A stretch of 47,907 nucleotides of DNA. Origin: an uncultured Chryseobacterium sp. GTDB lineage: Bacteria; Bacteroidota; Bacteroidia; Palsa-965. The translations under genes were made by a program, and so were the position numbers. Positions 18,043 through 26,619 of the stretch are shown piece after piece; the first letter of the stretch is position 1; the number at the start of each line of letters is the position of its first letter. The notes below the pieces were generated by a model. It was not told where the DNA came from. It searched no databases and saw only the letters and a program-made list of their open reading frames with translations. The stretch is from the NCBI GenBank assembly GCA_964394965.1, contig CAYMZV010000001.1, forward strand, positions 1-47,907. Direction: 5' to 3'.

Positions 18043-20227
18043 TCGTTTTATTTCTTGCTTTCAGTCTTTTCTCTGCCTTAACTTTCTTTTCGAGGAAGTT
18101 CCGGATTTCTTCCTGTGCAACCAGCGGTTTTTTCGAAAGCGTCCGGCGATAGGAATTCTCTTCCTTGCCACCGAGTATTCTTGCCTTGCGATTGTCGCGG
18201 AGCTGAAGACCGATCACATGCTTCAACTCTGTCTGGTTTTCCCTGTTAAAAATCGGAACGGCTACTTCTGAACGGTGATCCAGATTTCGCTGCATCCAAT
18301 CGGCCGAAGATATAAAATACTTTTCATCGCCGCCGTTGCAAAATATGAACACGCGGCTATGTTCAAGGAACCTTCCGACAACACTGATCGCCTCAATGTT
18401 TTCACTGTATCCTTTCACACCCGGAACAAGTGCGCAGGTTCCACGCACGATCAATTTTATTTTCACTCCCGCCCTGCTCGCCTCATACAATTTCAGAATC
18501 ATGTCGCGGTCAACCAAGTTGTTCAGCTTGATGATGATCCATGCCGGTTCTCCCTTTTCCACATTGTCGATTTCACGTTGGATCAATCCCACAAAACGCT
18601 TCCGCATTGTAAACGGTGAAACGGACAGGTGTTTATAACTTCCCGGTTTCAGGTTGTCGTGGTAAAAGTCAAACATCCGTTGCACCTCTTCCGCAATCCG
18701 ATTGTCGGCCGTAAGAATCGCCTCGTCGGTATAAATCCTTGCCGTGCTTTCATTCATGTTTCCCGTACCGATGTGTGCATAATTCACCAGCACACCATCT
18801 TCACGCCGCGTAATGAGAAACAATTTCGAGTGCACCTTGATTCCCGGCACTCCGAAAATCACGCGCGCTCCCTCTTCCTGCAATTTATTCGCCCAGAAAA
18901 TATTGTTCTCCTCATCAAAACGCGCCTGCAATTCCATCACGACAACCACCTCTTTTCCATTCTTGATCGCATTGATCAATGCATTCACGATGTTGGAATA
19001 TCTCGCAACACGGTAAAGCGTAATCTGGATTTTTTTCACGCGCGGATCAATGGAAGCTTCGCGCAACAAATCGATGATGTGGTGGAACGAATGATAAGGA
19101 TAATGCAAGAGGATATCATTTGTCTTCAACACATTGAACATGCTTTCGCCCGGTGTGAATTTCGGATGGGAAAGCGGTTGCGCATCGGGCCATACCAAAT
19201 CCTTGTGGCCGAGATCGGGGAATGAAATGAAGTCCTTGAAGTTGTGGTAACGCGATCCGGGAATGATATTGTCCTGCTTGATCATTTTCAATTTCTTGCG
19301 CAGGAACCGCAACAGGTCGGGAGCAATCGCCTTGTCGTATAAAAAACGGACGGGCGTTCCCTTTTTCCTTTTCTTCAGGCTTCCCGAAATTTTTTCAACG
19401 AAACTTTTTGAGATATCATTGTCAATATCCAATTCCGCATCGCGCGTGAGCTTGATCGTGTATGCACTGATGCGTCCGTATTCGTGTGCAGGAAAAATCT
19501 GCCGCATGCAATAACGCAACACATCATCGAGGAGAATGATGTATTTGTGGAAAAGCTTGCTCGGCAAAACAACAAACCTGGAAAGTGTGTCGGTCGGGAT
19601 TTCAATCAACGCGTAACGCGATTTTTTATTCCGCTCGCGCCGCTCCAATTTGATGGCGAGATAAATCGACCTGTCTTTCAGATAGGGAAACGACGGTGCG
19701 CTGTCGAGCATGATCGGAAAAAGTGACGGCATTACCTTTTCACGGAAATATTCCTCCACAAAAACGCCCTGCTCGTGTGTGAGTCCGCGTTCGTCAATGA
19801 TGTGAATGCGCTGGCGTTCGAGTTCGTGCAGCAATTCATTGTAAATCGTATCGAAGCGGTGGGAAGCTCCCAACACACGTTTTTGCAATTGGTCGAGAAT
19901 TTTTTTTGCGTCGCCGCCCAGCAGGTCCTGTGCTTTTTTCCCGAGTTTGGTCATGCGCTTGAGCGTGGCCACACGTACACGGAAAAACTCATCGCGGTTA
20001 TTGGAATAGATTCCGAGAAAACGCAACCGTTCCAGCAATGGATTCGATTTGTCTTCGGCTTCCTGCAACACACGGTCGTTGAATGAAAGCCAGCTCACTT
20101 CCCTATTGATCAGGGGCAATTTTTTCTTTGCGATTTTTTTCCTGAAAAATTTTTTCCTGAGCGTTTTTGTCTTCAGGACTTTTTTCCTCCCCGTAACTTT
20201 CTTTCTCGCTATTTTCTTTTTATTCAT
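18023..20227 (-). CDS. ppk: Polyphosphate kinase 1
   Basis: 734 aa with PPK1 hallmarks (NREVSWLSFNDRVLQEA, two PLD-like HxK regions IKVHSKLFLI and RFLEHSRVFIF). The first ~36 aa form an extremely Lys/Arg-rich extension. An alternative TTG start at 20119 would remove it. Confidence 0.9.
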   Translation of the reverse strand: MNKKKIARKKVTGRKKVLKTKTLRKKFFRKKIAKKKLPLINREVSWLSFNDRVLQEAEDKSNPLLERLRFLGIYSNNRDEFFRVRVATLKRMTKLGKKAQDLLGGDAKKILDQLQKRVLGASHRFDTIYNELLHELERQRIHIIDERGLTHEQGVFVEEYFREKVMPSLFPIMLDSAPSFPYLKDRSIYLAIKLERRERNKKSRYALIEIPTDTLSRFVVLPSKLFHKYIILLDDVLRYCMRQIFPAHEYGRISAYTIKLTRDAELDIDNDISKSFVEKISGSLKKRKKGTPVRFLYDKAIAPDLLRFLRKKLKMIKQDNIIPGSRYHNFKDFISFPDLGHKDLVWPDAQPLSHPKFTPGESMFNVLKTNDILLHYPYHSFHHIIDLLREASIDPRVKKIQITLYRVARYSNIVNALINAIKNGKEVVVVMELQARFDEENNIFWANKLQEEGARVIFGVPGIKVHSKLFLITRREDGVLVNYAHIGTGNMNESTARIYTDEAILTADNRIAEEVQRMFDFYHDNLKPGSYKHLSVSPFTMRKRFVGLIQREIDNVEKGEPAWIIIKLNNLVDRDMILKLYEASRAGVKIKLIVRGTCALVPGVKGYSENIEAISVVGRFLEHSRVFIFCNGGDEKYFISSADWMQRNLDHRSEVAVPIFNRENQTELKHVIGLQLRDNRKARILGGKEENSYRRTLSKKPLVAQEEIRNFLEKKVKAEKRLKARNKTIEVRRH

Positions 20228-20390
20228 AGAAGGGGAACGAATTACAATTGCTGCTAATTTACGAATTAGGAAAAAAAGAAAGGACCGACTCCGATTGCTT
20301 TTTCCCGATAACTATTTTATCGTTGACCAAAGTAAAAATAAAAGTAAAATGCCCGATTAAGGGTGGTTTACATTAGTTTAACAAACCTCC

Positions 20391-20885
20391 CTAGTGCCCG
20401 TCATTCTTGGGAAAATCATAGAAAATCATTTTGCCGTCGAATCCAAGGGCCTGTTTCCAACTGCGGTGATTGAATTCAATTCCTACAATTCCGCACGTTG
20501 GCATTTCATTCAACGTTGTTCCTCCGAGCAGGTTTGCCGTTTCTGAAATCGCAGGATTGTGACCGATCAGAATTGCACAATCATGTTCATCGGGCAACGA
20601 TTCGATGATGGCAATATATTGTTTACTGTTCGTATTGTAGAGAAACTGGTGAATGAGGATTTCGGAAGCGCTGTAATTCAGGTGCCGCGCAAAAATGAGT
20701 GCTGTTGAAATTGCGCGTGTCGCCGGACTTGTGATGATGATTCCGGGATGAACATTTTTTTTGATCCGCGCAGCCATATCGTGTGCATCGGCATATCCGC
20801 GTTCGTTGAGGGGCCGGTCAATATCCGAAATGCCTGGAATATTCCAGGTCGACTTCGCGTGGCGGATAAGATAAAGGGTTTTCAA
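20391..20885 (-). CDS. sixA: Histidine-phosphatase superfamily protein (SixA-like phosphohistidine phosphatase)
   Basis: 164 aa with the RHA motif (LYLIRHAKS) and a conserved His later (LIGHNP). TTG start. Confidence 0.75.
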   Translation of the reverse strand: MKTLYLIRHAKSTWNIPGISDIDRPLNERGYADAHDMAARIKKNVHPGIIITSPATRAISTALIFARHLNYSASEILIHQFLYNTNSKQYIAIIESLPDEHDCAILIGHNPAISETANLLGGTTLNEMPTCGIVGIEFNHRSWKQALGFDGKMIFYDFPKNDGH

Positions 20886-20889
20886 TTCG

Positions 20890-20922
20890 AGGAAAATATT
20901 TTCCTTAAAGGTAATATTTCCT
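20890..20922. promoter_or_regulatory. Perfect 16-bp palindrome plus an adjacent half-site copy, 5 nt upstream of the sixA start
   Basis: AGGAAAATATTTTCCT (20890-20905) is followed 3 nt later by AGGTAATATTTCCT (20909-22). Confidence 0.3.
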
Positions 20923-21012
20923 GCAGGGATTTTTTACTGAGGGATGTCAGCGGTTTCCGGGAAAGAAAAATCGTAAAAGAGTCAACGAGGAATTGATTTC
21001 AATAAAAGTGTT

Positions 21013-21444
21013 TCAATCCACAGCAGTTGCCGAACTAACCTGGATGGACCAATTGGCCGTTTCCTGTGGCGGATAGGCATGAATGGTAAATGATTTTGTG
21101 GAATTCGGATCGTAAAATTCATATTGAATGAATTCTTTTGTATCAATCACGGTATTGGTTTTTGATTTAAACGTAATCGTGAGACGAACATCTTTAAATC
21201 TTGCCACCGAAGCGCTGTTCCCGATCGTCCCTTGAATGAAATACCCGTCGGTTGCATACTCGGCATCGTGAAAAAGTCCCGCCGATCTCGTCATCACTTT
21301 GTTTTCACGCATTGTCCCGTCTGCGGTCAAATACAATAGCGGATTTGATTCCTCCCTTATTTTCAAATTGGCTTTTAATTCTTCGGGCGATGCATTGAGC
21401 GGCGGCTGATTTTGATTCGCATTTTGACGCGCAGTCATTATCAA
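21013..21444 (-). CDS. Hypothetical protein (beta-rich); the N-terminus may be disrupted by a 1-nt homopolymer indel
   Basis: 143-aa ORF (TTG at 21444, ATG at 21438), family not recognised. An out-of-frame ATG at 21479 begins MKKTKIAF... and would join to give a signal-anchor-like N-terminus if one base were added in the A7/T6 runs. Confidence 0.5.
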   Translation of the reverse strand: MIMTARQNANQNQPPLNASPEELKANLKIREESNPLLYLTADGTMRENKVMTRSAGLFHDAEYATDGYFIQGTIGNSASVARFKDVRLTITFKSKTNTVIDTKEFIQYEFYDPNSTKSFTIHAYPPQETANWSIQVSSATAVD

Positions 21445-21508
21445 TGCTGCAACAAAAAAGCAATTTTTGTTTTTTTCATTTCATTGAATTTTGCCTGAAT
21501 TCCATCCA

Positions 21509-22018
21509 TCATTTCACAACCTTTAAACAGGGAAGAAAATCCTTTTTCTCACGGTTGTATCCAATCAGCAAATACCGGTCTCCCGATTGGTTGAGCTTGA
21601 ATCGGTCAATGATTTCAATTAGATCCTGAAAAATATGCTTTGCCACATTTTCATTCATCGCCTGGAAAATCATCAATCGTTGTCTTGCCCTTGCCACCAA
21701 TAGTTTTTCAAAATCGGGTTGGATATGCTCTTCAAAACTGATGCCCCATTCTATTTCTGCCGCAAGCCCAATGTCCACCAGCTTACTGCGGTTGCTGTAC
21801 CAAAACACATCATACAACCATTCCCCATAATCCACTCCCTTGACTCCGGATGCGGCAACAGAAAACCCATTGTCACTGCCGATTTTCAGTAATCGCGTTT
21901 TTATCTCTTTCGTCCAATACTCATTTGAATCCCATTCTTCACAGTTGGAAATGAATTCATCCAACGTGGAGACGATGCTGCTTTCCGTTGCATTGAATAA
22001 GGTTGCCATATTTTTCAA
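21509..22018 (-). CDS. Hypothetical cytoplasmic protein
   Basis: 169-aa ORF with coding-like composition and no signal peptide. The motif pattern EWLYDVFW...LAAEIEWG...DFEKLL loosely recalls PD-(D/E)xK-type folds; this is speculative. Confidence 0.55.
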   Translation of the reverse strand: MKNMATLFNATESSIVSTLDEFISNCEEWDSNEYWTKEIKTRLLKIGSDNGFSVAASGVKGVDYGEWLYDVFWYSNRSKLVDIGLAAEIEWGISFEEHIQPDFEKLLVARARQRLMIFQAMNENVAKHIFQDLIEIIDRFKLNQSGDRYLLIGYNREKKDFLPCLKVVK

Positions 22019-22132
22019 GTGCTTTTAATATCCAACAATCTTTTCCCGAGAATGGGCAAATTAACCTGAAAATTTCCTGAAAATCAATATTTTTTTCCTA
22101 AAGAATAAATAAATATAAAATATAATACCATT

Positions 22133-22195
22133 TTAATGACATTAATATGATCGATAAATCTTCTTTTTATTATTTTATTTCACAAATAGTGAAAT
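22133..22195. promoter_or_regulatory. Two palindromes inside an extremely AT-rich spacer (candidate operator sites)
   Basis: TTAATG-A-CATTAA (22133-22145) and ATTTCAC-AAATA-GTGAAAT (22177-22195) lie in the roughly 22040-22240 stretch, which is almost entirely A/T. Confidence 0.3.
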
Positions 22196-22236
22196 TTATA
22201 TAAATAAAATATTGTAACATTACGTGGGGTTGATTC

Positions 22237-22265
22237 AAAAAAATCCCGCCTCATGAGCGGGATTT
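22237..22265 (-). terminator. Terminator-like hairpin with no annotated gene upstream of it on the minus strand
   Basis: AAATCCCGC-CTCATGA-GCGGGATTT. On the minus strand the stem is followed by TTTTTTT. No ORF of 60 aa or more feeds into it. Confidence 0.45.
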
Positions 22266-22486
22266 ATGTGCCTGAGACTGGCGCCTCGGGCTACGATATA
22301 CAGGTGGGTCCTGTACTAAAAATTATTATTTCAATCCCTGATGACTGATTCAAGTCCCTTCAGGTTGCAGATACATATCAATTGTCCGACAAATTAAATC
22401 CTAAAATTCCAAAAAGTCAAGTAAAAATTGCCAAAAGGGCAATAAATAACATTTTATAGGAAATTATTCGTTGCCTATTCGTCCGG

Positions 22487-22494
22487 TAATTTTG
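22487..22494 (+). promoter_or_regulatory. Candidate -7 promoter box (TAnnTTTG) placed 4 nt before the ATG of the XRE gene, implying a leaderless mRNA
   Basis: Exact TAATTTTG, then ACTC, then ATG (22499). Confidence 0.35.
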
Positions 22495-22498
22495 ACTC

Positions 22499-22873
22499 AT
22501 GCACATTGGGGAAAAAGTCAAGGCAAGGGCAAAAGAACTGAGAATCGGTCCCACCGAACTTGCCCGCAAAATCCGCACCTCGAAGCAAAATGTATACGGC
22601 ATTTATAGCCGTGACTCCATTGACACCGCCCTTTTGCAGAAGTTAAGCAAGGCTTTGGAGTTTGATTTTTTCGCCTATTTCGGCACTACCGGATACTCGG
22701 CAGCCAACACACCCCGCAATACCGGATACCGAACCAAAAAGGGAAACATTTCGCCCGAAGATGATATTCTTTCAACTCGCAGGGAATTGAACGAATTGCG
22801 CGAAAAGTATGAGTTGCTGAAAGCGCTTTATGAAGCCAAGACGGGAAAAAAAGTTCCAGGATCGCTTACCTGA
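22499..22873 (+). CDS. XRE-family helix-turn-helix transcriptional regulator with a C-terminal coiled-coil
   Basis: 124 aa with an HTH_3-like N-terminus (IGEKVKARAKELRIGPTELARKIRTSKQNVYGIYS) and a C-terminal heptad-like ELNELREKYELLKALYEAK. Confidence 0.75.
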   Translation: MHIGEKVKARAKELRIGPTELARKIRTSKQNVYGIYSRDSIDTALLQKLSKALEFDFFAYFGTTGYSAANTPRNTGYRTKKGNISPEDDILSTRRELNELREKYELLKALYEAKTGKKVPGSLT

Positions 22874-22907
22874 AAAATCAATCGTCGGGATTTTGACGAA
22901 TTGTCCA

Positions 22908-24266
22908 CTACCTTTTCAACAACCACTGCTCCGGATCCATTTTCCCCAATCCGCTTTTCCACACTTCGAAATGAAGGATCGTTTGCCCTTGATCGGCATC
23001 GTTTGAAACCTTCCCGATGTTCTGTTTGATTTTCACCTTGTCGCCCTGCTTGACAAAAACTTCTGCAAGTTTTGCATAAACCGTAAGGTAGTCGCCGTGA
23101 CGGATAATGACGAGCCAACCGCTTCCGGGAATATTCGTAACGCCGGTTACTTCCCCGTCAAAAACCGCGCGTGCAGACGCATCAACGGTTGTTGCAATGT
23201 CAATCCCATTGTTGTTGACATAAACGTCTTTCAGGACAGGATGCGGTTGTTTTCCGAAATGTCCTGTGATCGTTCCGGCGATAACGGGCCAAGGCAATTT
23301 TCCCTGGTTTTCCTCAAAACTGTTTCCCAGATTCTGCTCCACTGGAGTGAGTACAGGCACTGGAGGAGTGCTTGAATTTGCAGGATTCGTTTTTGTCGGA
23401 TTATTGTTTTTGGGAGCGGTTGCATTATTTGACGGCGTTGCTTTTGCAATGGCACGCTGCGCTTCATCACTTATTATTTTCTGAATCGCCGCATCAATAT
23501 TCGCCCTTTCCGTTTTCTGCTTGGCGAGATCGGTTTTCAGTTGCTCCTCCTTGCTTTGCAAATCGCGGAACGTTTTATCCTTGTCATCCTTTTCCACGGC
23601 GAGCTGTTCCTTTTCCGTTTCATTCGAACCGAGCAATTCTTTTTTATCCGCTTTCTGATCTTCGAGTGCGCGGATATTTTCATTCAATGTTTGCTGGCGA
23701 TCCGCTATTTTTTCAGCCTGCTCTTTTCTGCTTTCCCCAATCTGTTGCATGTAACGCATCCGCAAAAAAGCCTGATTGAAATTGTCCGCCGAAAAAATAA
23801 ACATCATGCGCTGATACGCATCCTGGTTGCGATACGCGTACACGATCATGTGCGCATAGGAACGTTTCAATTGTGCAATCTCCGTATCGAGTTGCGTCAC
23901 CGTTACATTGTTGTCCGCAATTTGCAAATCGAGCTGGTTGATTTCACTGTTGATTTCACCGATCATCGATTCGCGCGCTTCAATTTTCTGATTCAGGGCA
24001 ACGAGCTGTGAAAGCGAAAGGGTTTTTGTGCGGCGCGTTTCCTTCAACAACTGATCGGTGAGATCGATCTGTGATTGCAAATCTTTTTTCTTCGCCGTAA
24101 GTGCAGCCTTGTCCTGTGTTTCGACTTTCGGCTTGGACGATTTCTTTTTTTTCTTCGCTTGTGCAAATACAAACGGAGATGCGATCAGCAGCATGGCCAG
24201 CGCGATAAAAATGGCAACAAACTGCTTCGTGTCAATCTTCCGGTTAATGTGGCTGTTGTTGGTCAT
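22908..24266 (-). CDS. Murein hydrolase activator / M23 (LytM) peptidase with a long coiled-coil (EnvC-like)
   Basis: 452 aa with a signal/TM segment and ~250 aa of coiled-coil. The C-terminal M23 domain reads GIDIATTVDASARAVFDGEVTGV...IIRHGDYLTVYAKL. Confidence 0.85.
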   Translation of the reverse strand: MTNNSHINRKIDTKQFVAIFIALAMLLIASPFVFAQAKKKKKSSKPKVETQDKAALTAKKKDLQSQIDLTDQLLKETRRTKTLSLSQLVALNQKIEARESMIGEINSEINQLDLQIADNNVTVTQLDTEIAQLKRSYAHMIVYAYRNQDAYQRMMFIFSADNFNQAFLRMRYMQQIGESRKEQAEKIADRQQTLNENIRALEDQKADKKELLGSNETEKEQLAVEKDDKDKTFRDLQSKEEQLKTDLAKQKTERANIDAAIQKIISDEAQRAIAKATPSNNATAPKNNNPTKTNPANSSTPPVPVLTPVEQNLGNSFEENQGKLPWPVIAGTITGHFGKQPHPVLKDVYVNNNGIDIATTVDASARAVFDGEVTGVTNIPGSGWLVIIRHGDYLTVYAKLAEVFVKQGDKVKIKQNIGKVSNDADQGQTILHFEVWKSGLGKMDPEQWLLKR

Positions 24267-25152
24267 CGTTCAGGAGTGGTTGGCAATCTTCGGGAAATGA
24301 AAATGGGAATTCAAGTGGTCCGTTCAAGCTGACGTGTTTATAATCCACTTCCAGCCGTGCGGATTTCTGCACACCCCTTGCGTAAAAAATGGCGTGGTTG
24401 GGAAAACTCATGGAATCCACTTTCTGGAAATCGCTGTAATCGGATGTAAAAGTTCGGTTGGCGGCATCGATGAAAAGGATCTTCAATATCTTAAACGTAA
24501 CCGGCTCAATGGATATTGTCTGGAAAGGATCGGACGGCGGACCGGGATTATTCAGCGCCCGTTGCAATTTCCGCTTGCGGATGGTGCTCAATGTATAATT
24601 GCATTCGTCCATATTGATCGACGATTTCAATTTTTCATCCTCCTCATAAAACGAAACGCTGTTTCCCACCAAAAGCGATTGCATCATGTCGAGATCGACG
24701 TCTGTCTGCAGCAATTGGCTGAGGAATGCAAAATCCCCCTTGAAACATTTTTCACTTGGAAGATAGACAACCATTTTTACGGAGTCGCAGGTGATGAGTA
24801 CACGCGCAACCTTTATTCCGATAACGGGATCTGTAATCAACATCCATATTGCGCTGTCCTTTTTCATTCGCACCGTAACGTTGAATGAATATTTCGAGCT
24901 GTCCAAGGTCGCATCGCAATCCATTTTTCCCGAAAACCAATTGTACTGGAATTCGCTTTTGCGCATGTCGGCAATCAACGGATCCGGTGCGCGACGATCG
25001 ATCTTGCAATTCGAATTTGTCGTTGCGGGCTGATTGGCATTGGCGGCTTGGTGTTTTTTTGTTTTGCAGGAATCGAAAGAGAATGCCGTTACGAGAACAA
25101 CGAGCAGCAACGCAATCTTCGGTAAGTGAAATTTATCTTGGAGGTTATTCAT
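24244..25152 (-). CDS. Lipoprotein, DUF4292 / LolB-like family (assignment from memory and gene context)
   Basis: 302 aa with a lipobox (AFSFDSC). It sits between a TPR protein and an M23 peptidase, as in other Bacteroidota. Overlaps the next gene by 23 nt. Confidence 0.6.
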   Translation of the reverse strand: MNNLQDKFHLPKIALLLVVLVTAFSFDSCKTKKHQAANANQPATTNSNCKIDRRAPDPLIADMRKSEFQYNWFSGKMDCDATLDSSKYSFNVTVRMKKDSAIWMLITDPVIGIKVARVLITCDSVKMVVYLPSEKCFKGDFAFLSQLLQTDVDLDMMQSLLVGNSVSFYEEDEKLKSSINMDECNYTLSTIRKRKLQRALNNPGPPSDPFQTISIEPVTFKILKILFIDAANRTFTSDYSDFQKVDSMSFPNHAIFYARGVQKSARLEVDYKHVSLNGPLEFPFSFPEDCQPLLNDDQQQPH

Positions 25153-25158
25153 TCACGA

Positions 25159-26613
25159 TTATTCGTTGTCGTTCATTTTTTTCGAGCTGATTTTCCTGTC
25201 GAGATCTTCATTCGAGCCGCCTTTTTCTTTCGCCTTTTGCCAATAGGTCAATGCAGCATCCGCATTTCCCAATCGGTACTGAATGTTACCCATGCACTCG
25301 TTCATGCGCGCATCATCGGGCGCTTGGTCCAGTCCGAGTTGCAACCAATTGTTCGCTTTCTTGAAATCCTTTTTGTTGTACGAAAGCACAGCGAGATAAT
25401 AGTAGGCGTCGGGTTGATTCGGAAAAAGGTCGATGACCTGTTTGCAGTCTTTTTCCTGTGCAACATCATCCTTCAAATTGTAATCGATCGTCATCAATCT
25501 TTTCCACGATCCATATTCCGTCTGGCCAAGTGCAGCGGCTTGATGATAAAAATCCTTTGCGTCGGAAAATTTCCCTTCCTTGAAAAGGTAATCTCCGCTC
25601 AATGAAAAAACACGTGCATCATCCGGATTTGTCTTTCGCAGGATGGAACACAACGTATCCGCTTCGGACAATTCATCTTTGCCCAATGCTTTTGAAGAAT
25701 CGGCAATGGGATAATTGGAATTGAGATATTCTATTTTCGCATCCAAGTCTTCCGGAAAACCGAATGCGTTTTTTGCCGTGATGAAAGCCTGTGGACGATC
25801 ACTCAAGGCATCGGAGTGTTTTTCAAACCAAGCCCTTTTCAATTGCAGGCGGACAGCCTGTGGAAAAACGGTTTGCATTTCTCCGTAAAGCATTTCTTCT
25901 TTTGCGGGTTCGTGGTTTTTTTCATAAAAATCCCCAAGCCGGTAATAATTTTTTTCCGTCGGAAAATACTTCACCAATCCTTTCAGCGTATTTTCCTCTT
26001 CCTCCTTGTTCGGAATAATTTCGCACACGGAAATTTTTTCATTCGCCAACGTATCGGAGATCCCCTCGATGGATTCGATTTTATCGTACACTTTCAATGC
26101 ATCGGAATTCTCACCTACCTTGCGCAAGGCATCGGCATAACGGAAAAGCAAATCGGCATTTTTCGGATCGTTGTCAGAAAGCGCCTTGAACACTTTCACC
26201 GCCTCTGCATTCTGATTGTTCGCCTGCAACGCTTCCGCATAACGCAGTTTATAAAAATGATTGTCGGGTGATCCTTTTTTATGCAGGACAAGAAAACGTT
26301 TTGTATCGGAAGAAAGTTCGTCCGCCGCTTTCGCATAAATCAGTGCCTGATCGAATTGTTTCAACTGCAAATAAACTCCGGCGATTTCATAATTCGTTGC
26401 CGCACTTTTTTTATCCATCGAAAGGCATTTCTGGAAATCGACAAGCGCCTTTGTGTAATTGCCCAAACTCTTGTCGATGCATCCCTGCACAAAAGTTTCC
26501 TGCTCGATCGCTTTTGCAGAACTCATGTTGTCCAATGCGCCCTGCTCCTGTGCCCTGCAGAAAAAACCTGCAAACACAAAAAGGAAAAACGGGACAGAGT
26601 GATTCCTGCGCAT
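25159..26613 (-). CDS. Tetratricopeptide-repeat protein (secreted)
   Basis: 484 aa with a signal peptide and repeated TPR-like helices (A..Y..AL......A, e.g. NYEIAGVYLQLKQFDQALIYAKAA). Confidence 0.8.
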   Translation of the reverse strand: MRRNHSVPFFLFVFAGFFCRAQEQGALDNMSSAKAIEQETFVQGCIDKSLGNYTKALVDFQKCLSMDKKSAATNYEIAGVYLQLKQFDQALIYAKAADELSSDTKRFLVLHKKGSPDNHFYKLRYAEALQANNQNAEAVKVFKALSDNDPKNADLLFRYADALRKVGENSDALKVYDKIESIEGISDTLANEKISVCEIIPNKEEEENTLKGLVKYFPTEKNYYRLGDFYEKNHEPAKEEMLYGEMQTVFPQAVRLQLKRAWFEKHSDALSDRPQAFITAKNAFGFPEDLDAKIEYLNSNYPIADSSKALGKDELSEADTLCSILRKTNPDDARVFSLSGDYLFKEGKFSDAKDFYHQAAALGQTEYGSWKRLMTIDYNLKDDVAQEKDCKQVIDLFPNQPDAYYYLAVLSYNKKDFKKANNWLQLGLDQAPDDARMNECMGNIQYRLGNADAALTYWQKAKEKGGSNEDLDRKISSKKMNDNE

Positions 26614-26619
26614 GAAAAA

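Noticed and set aside
22240-22440. tRNA fragment, att site, SRP RNA or 6S RNA in the islet intergenic region
   Set aside because: There is no T-loop (GTTCGAATC-like) or acceptor-stem remnant and no SRP consensus. It is too short and unlike the 6S architecture. It is kept only as an unclassified sRNA candidate.
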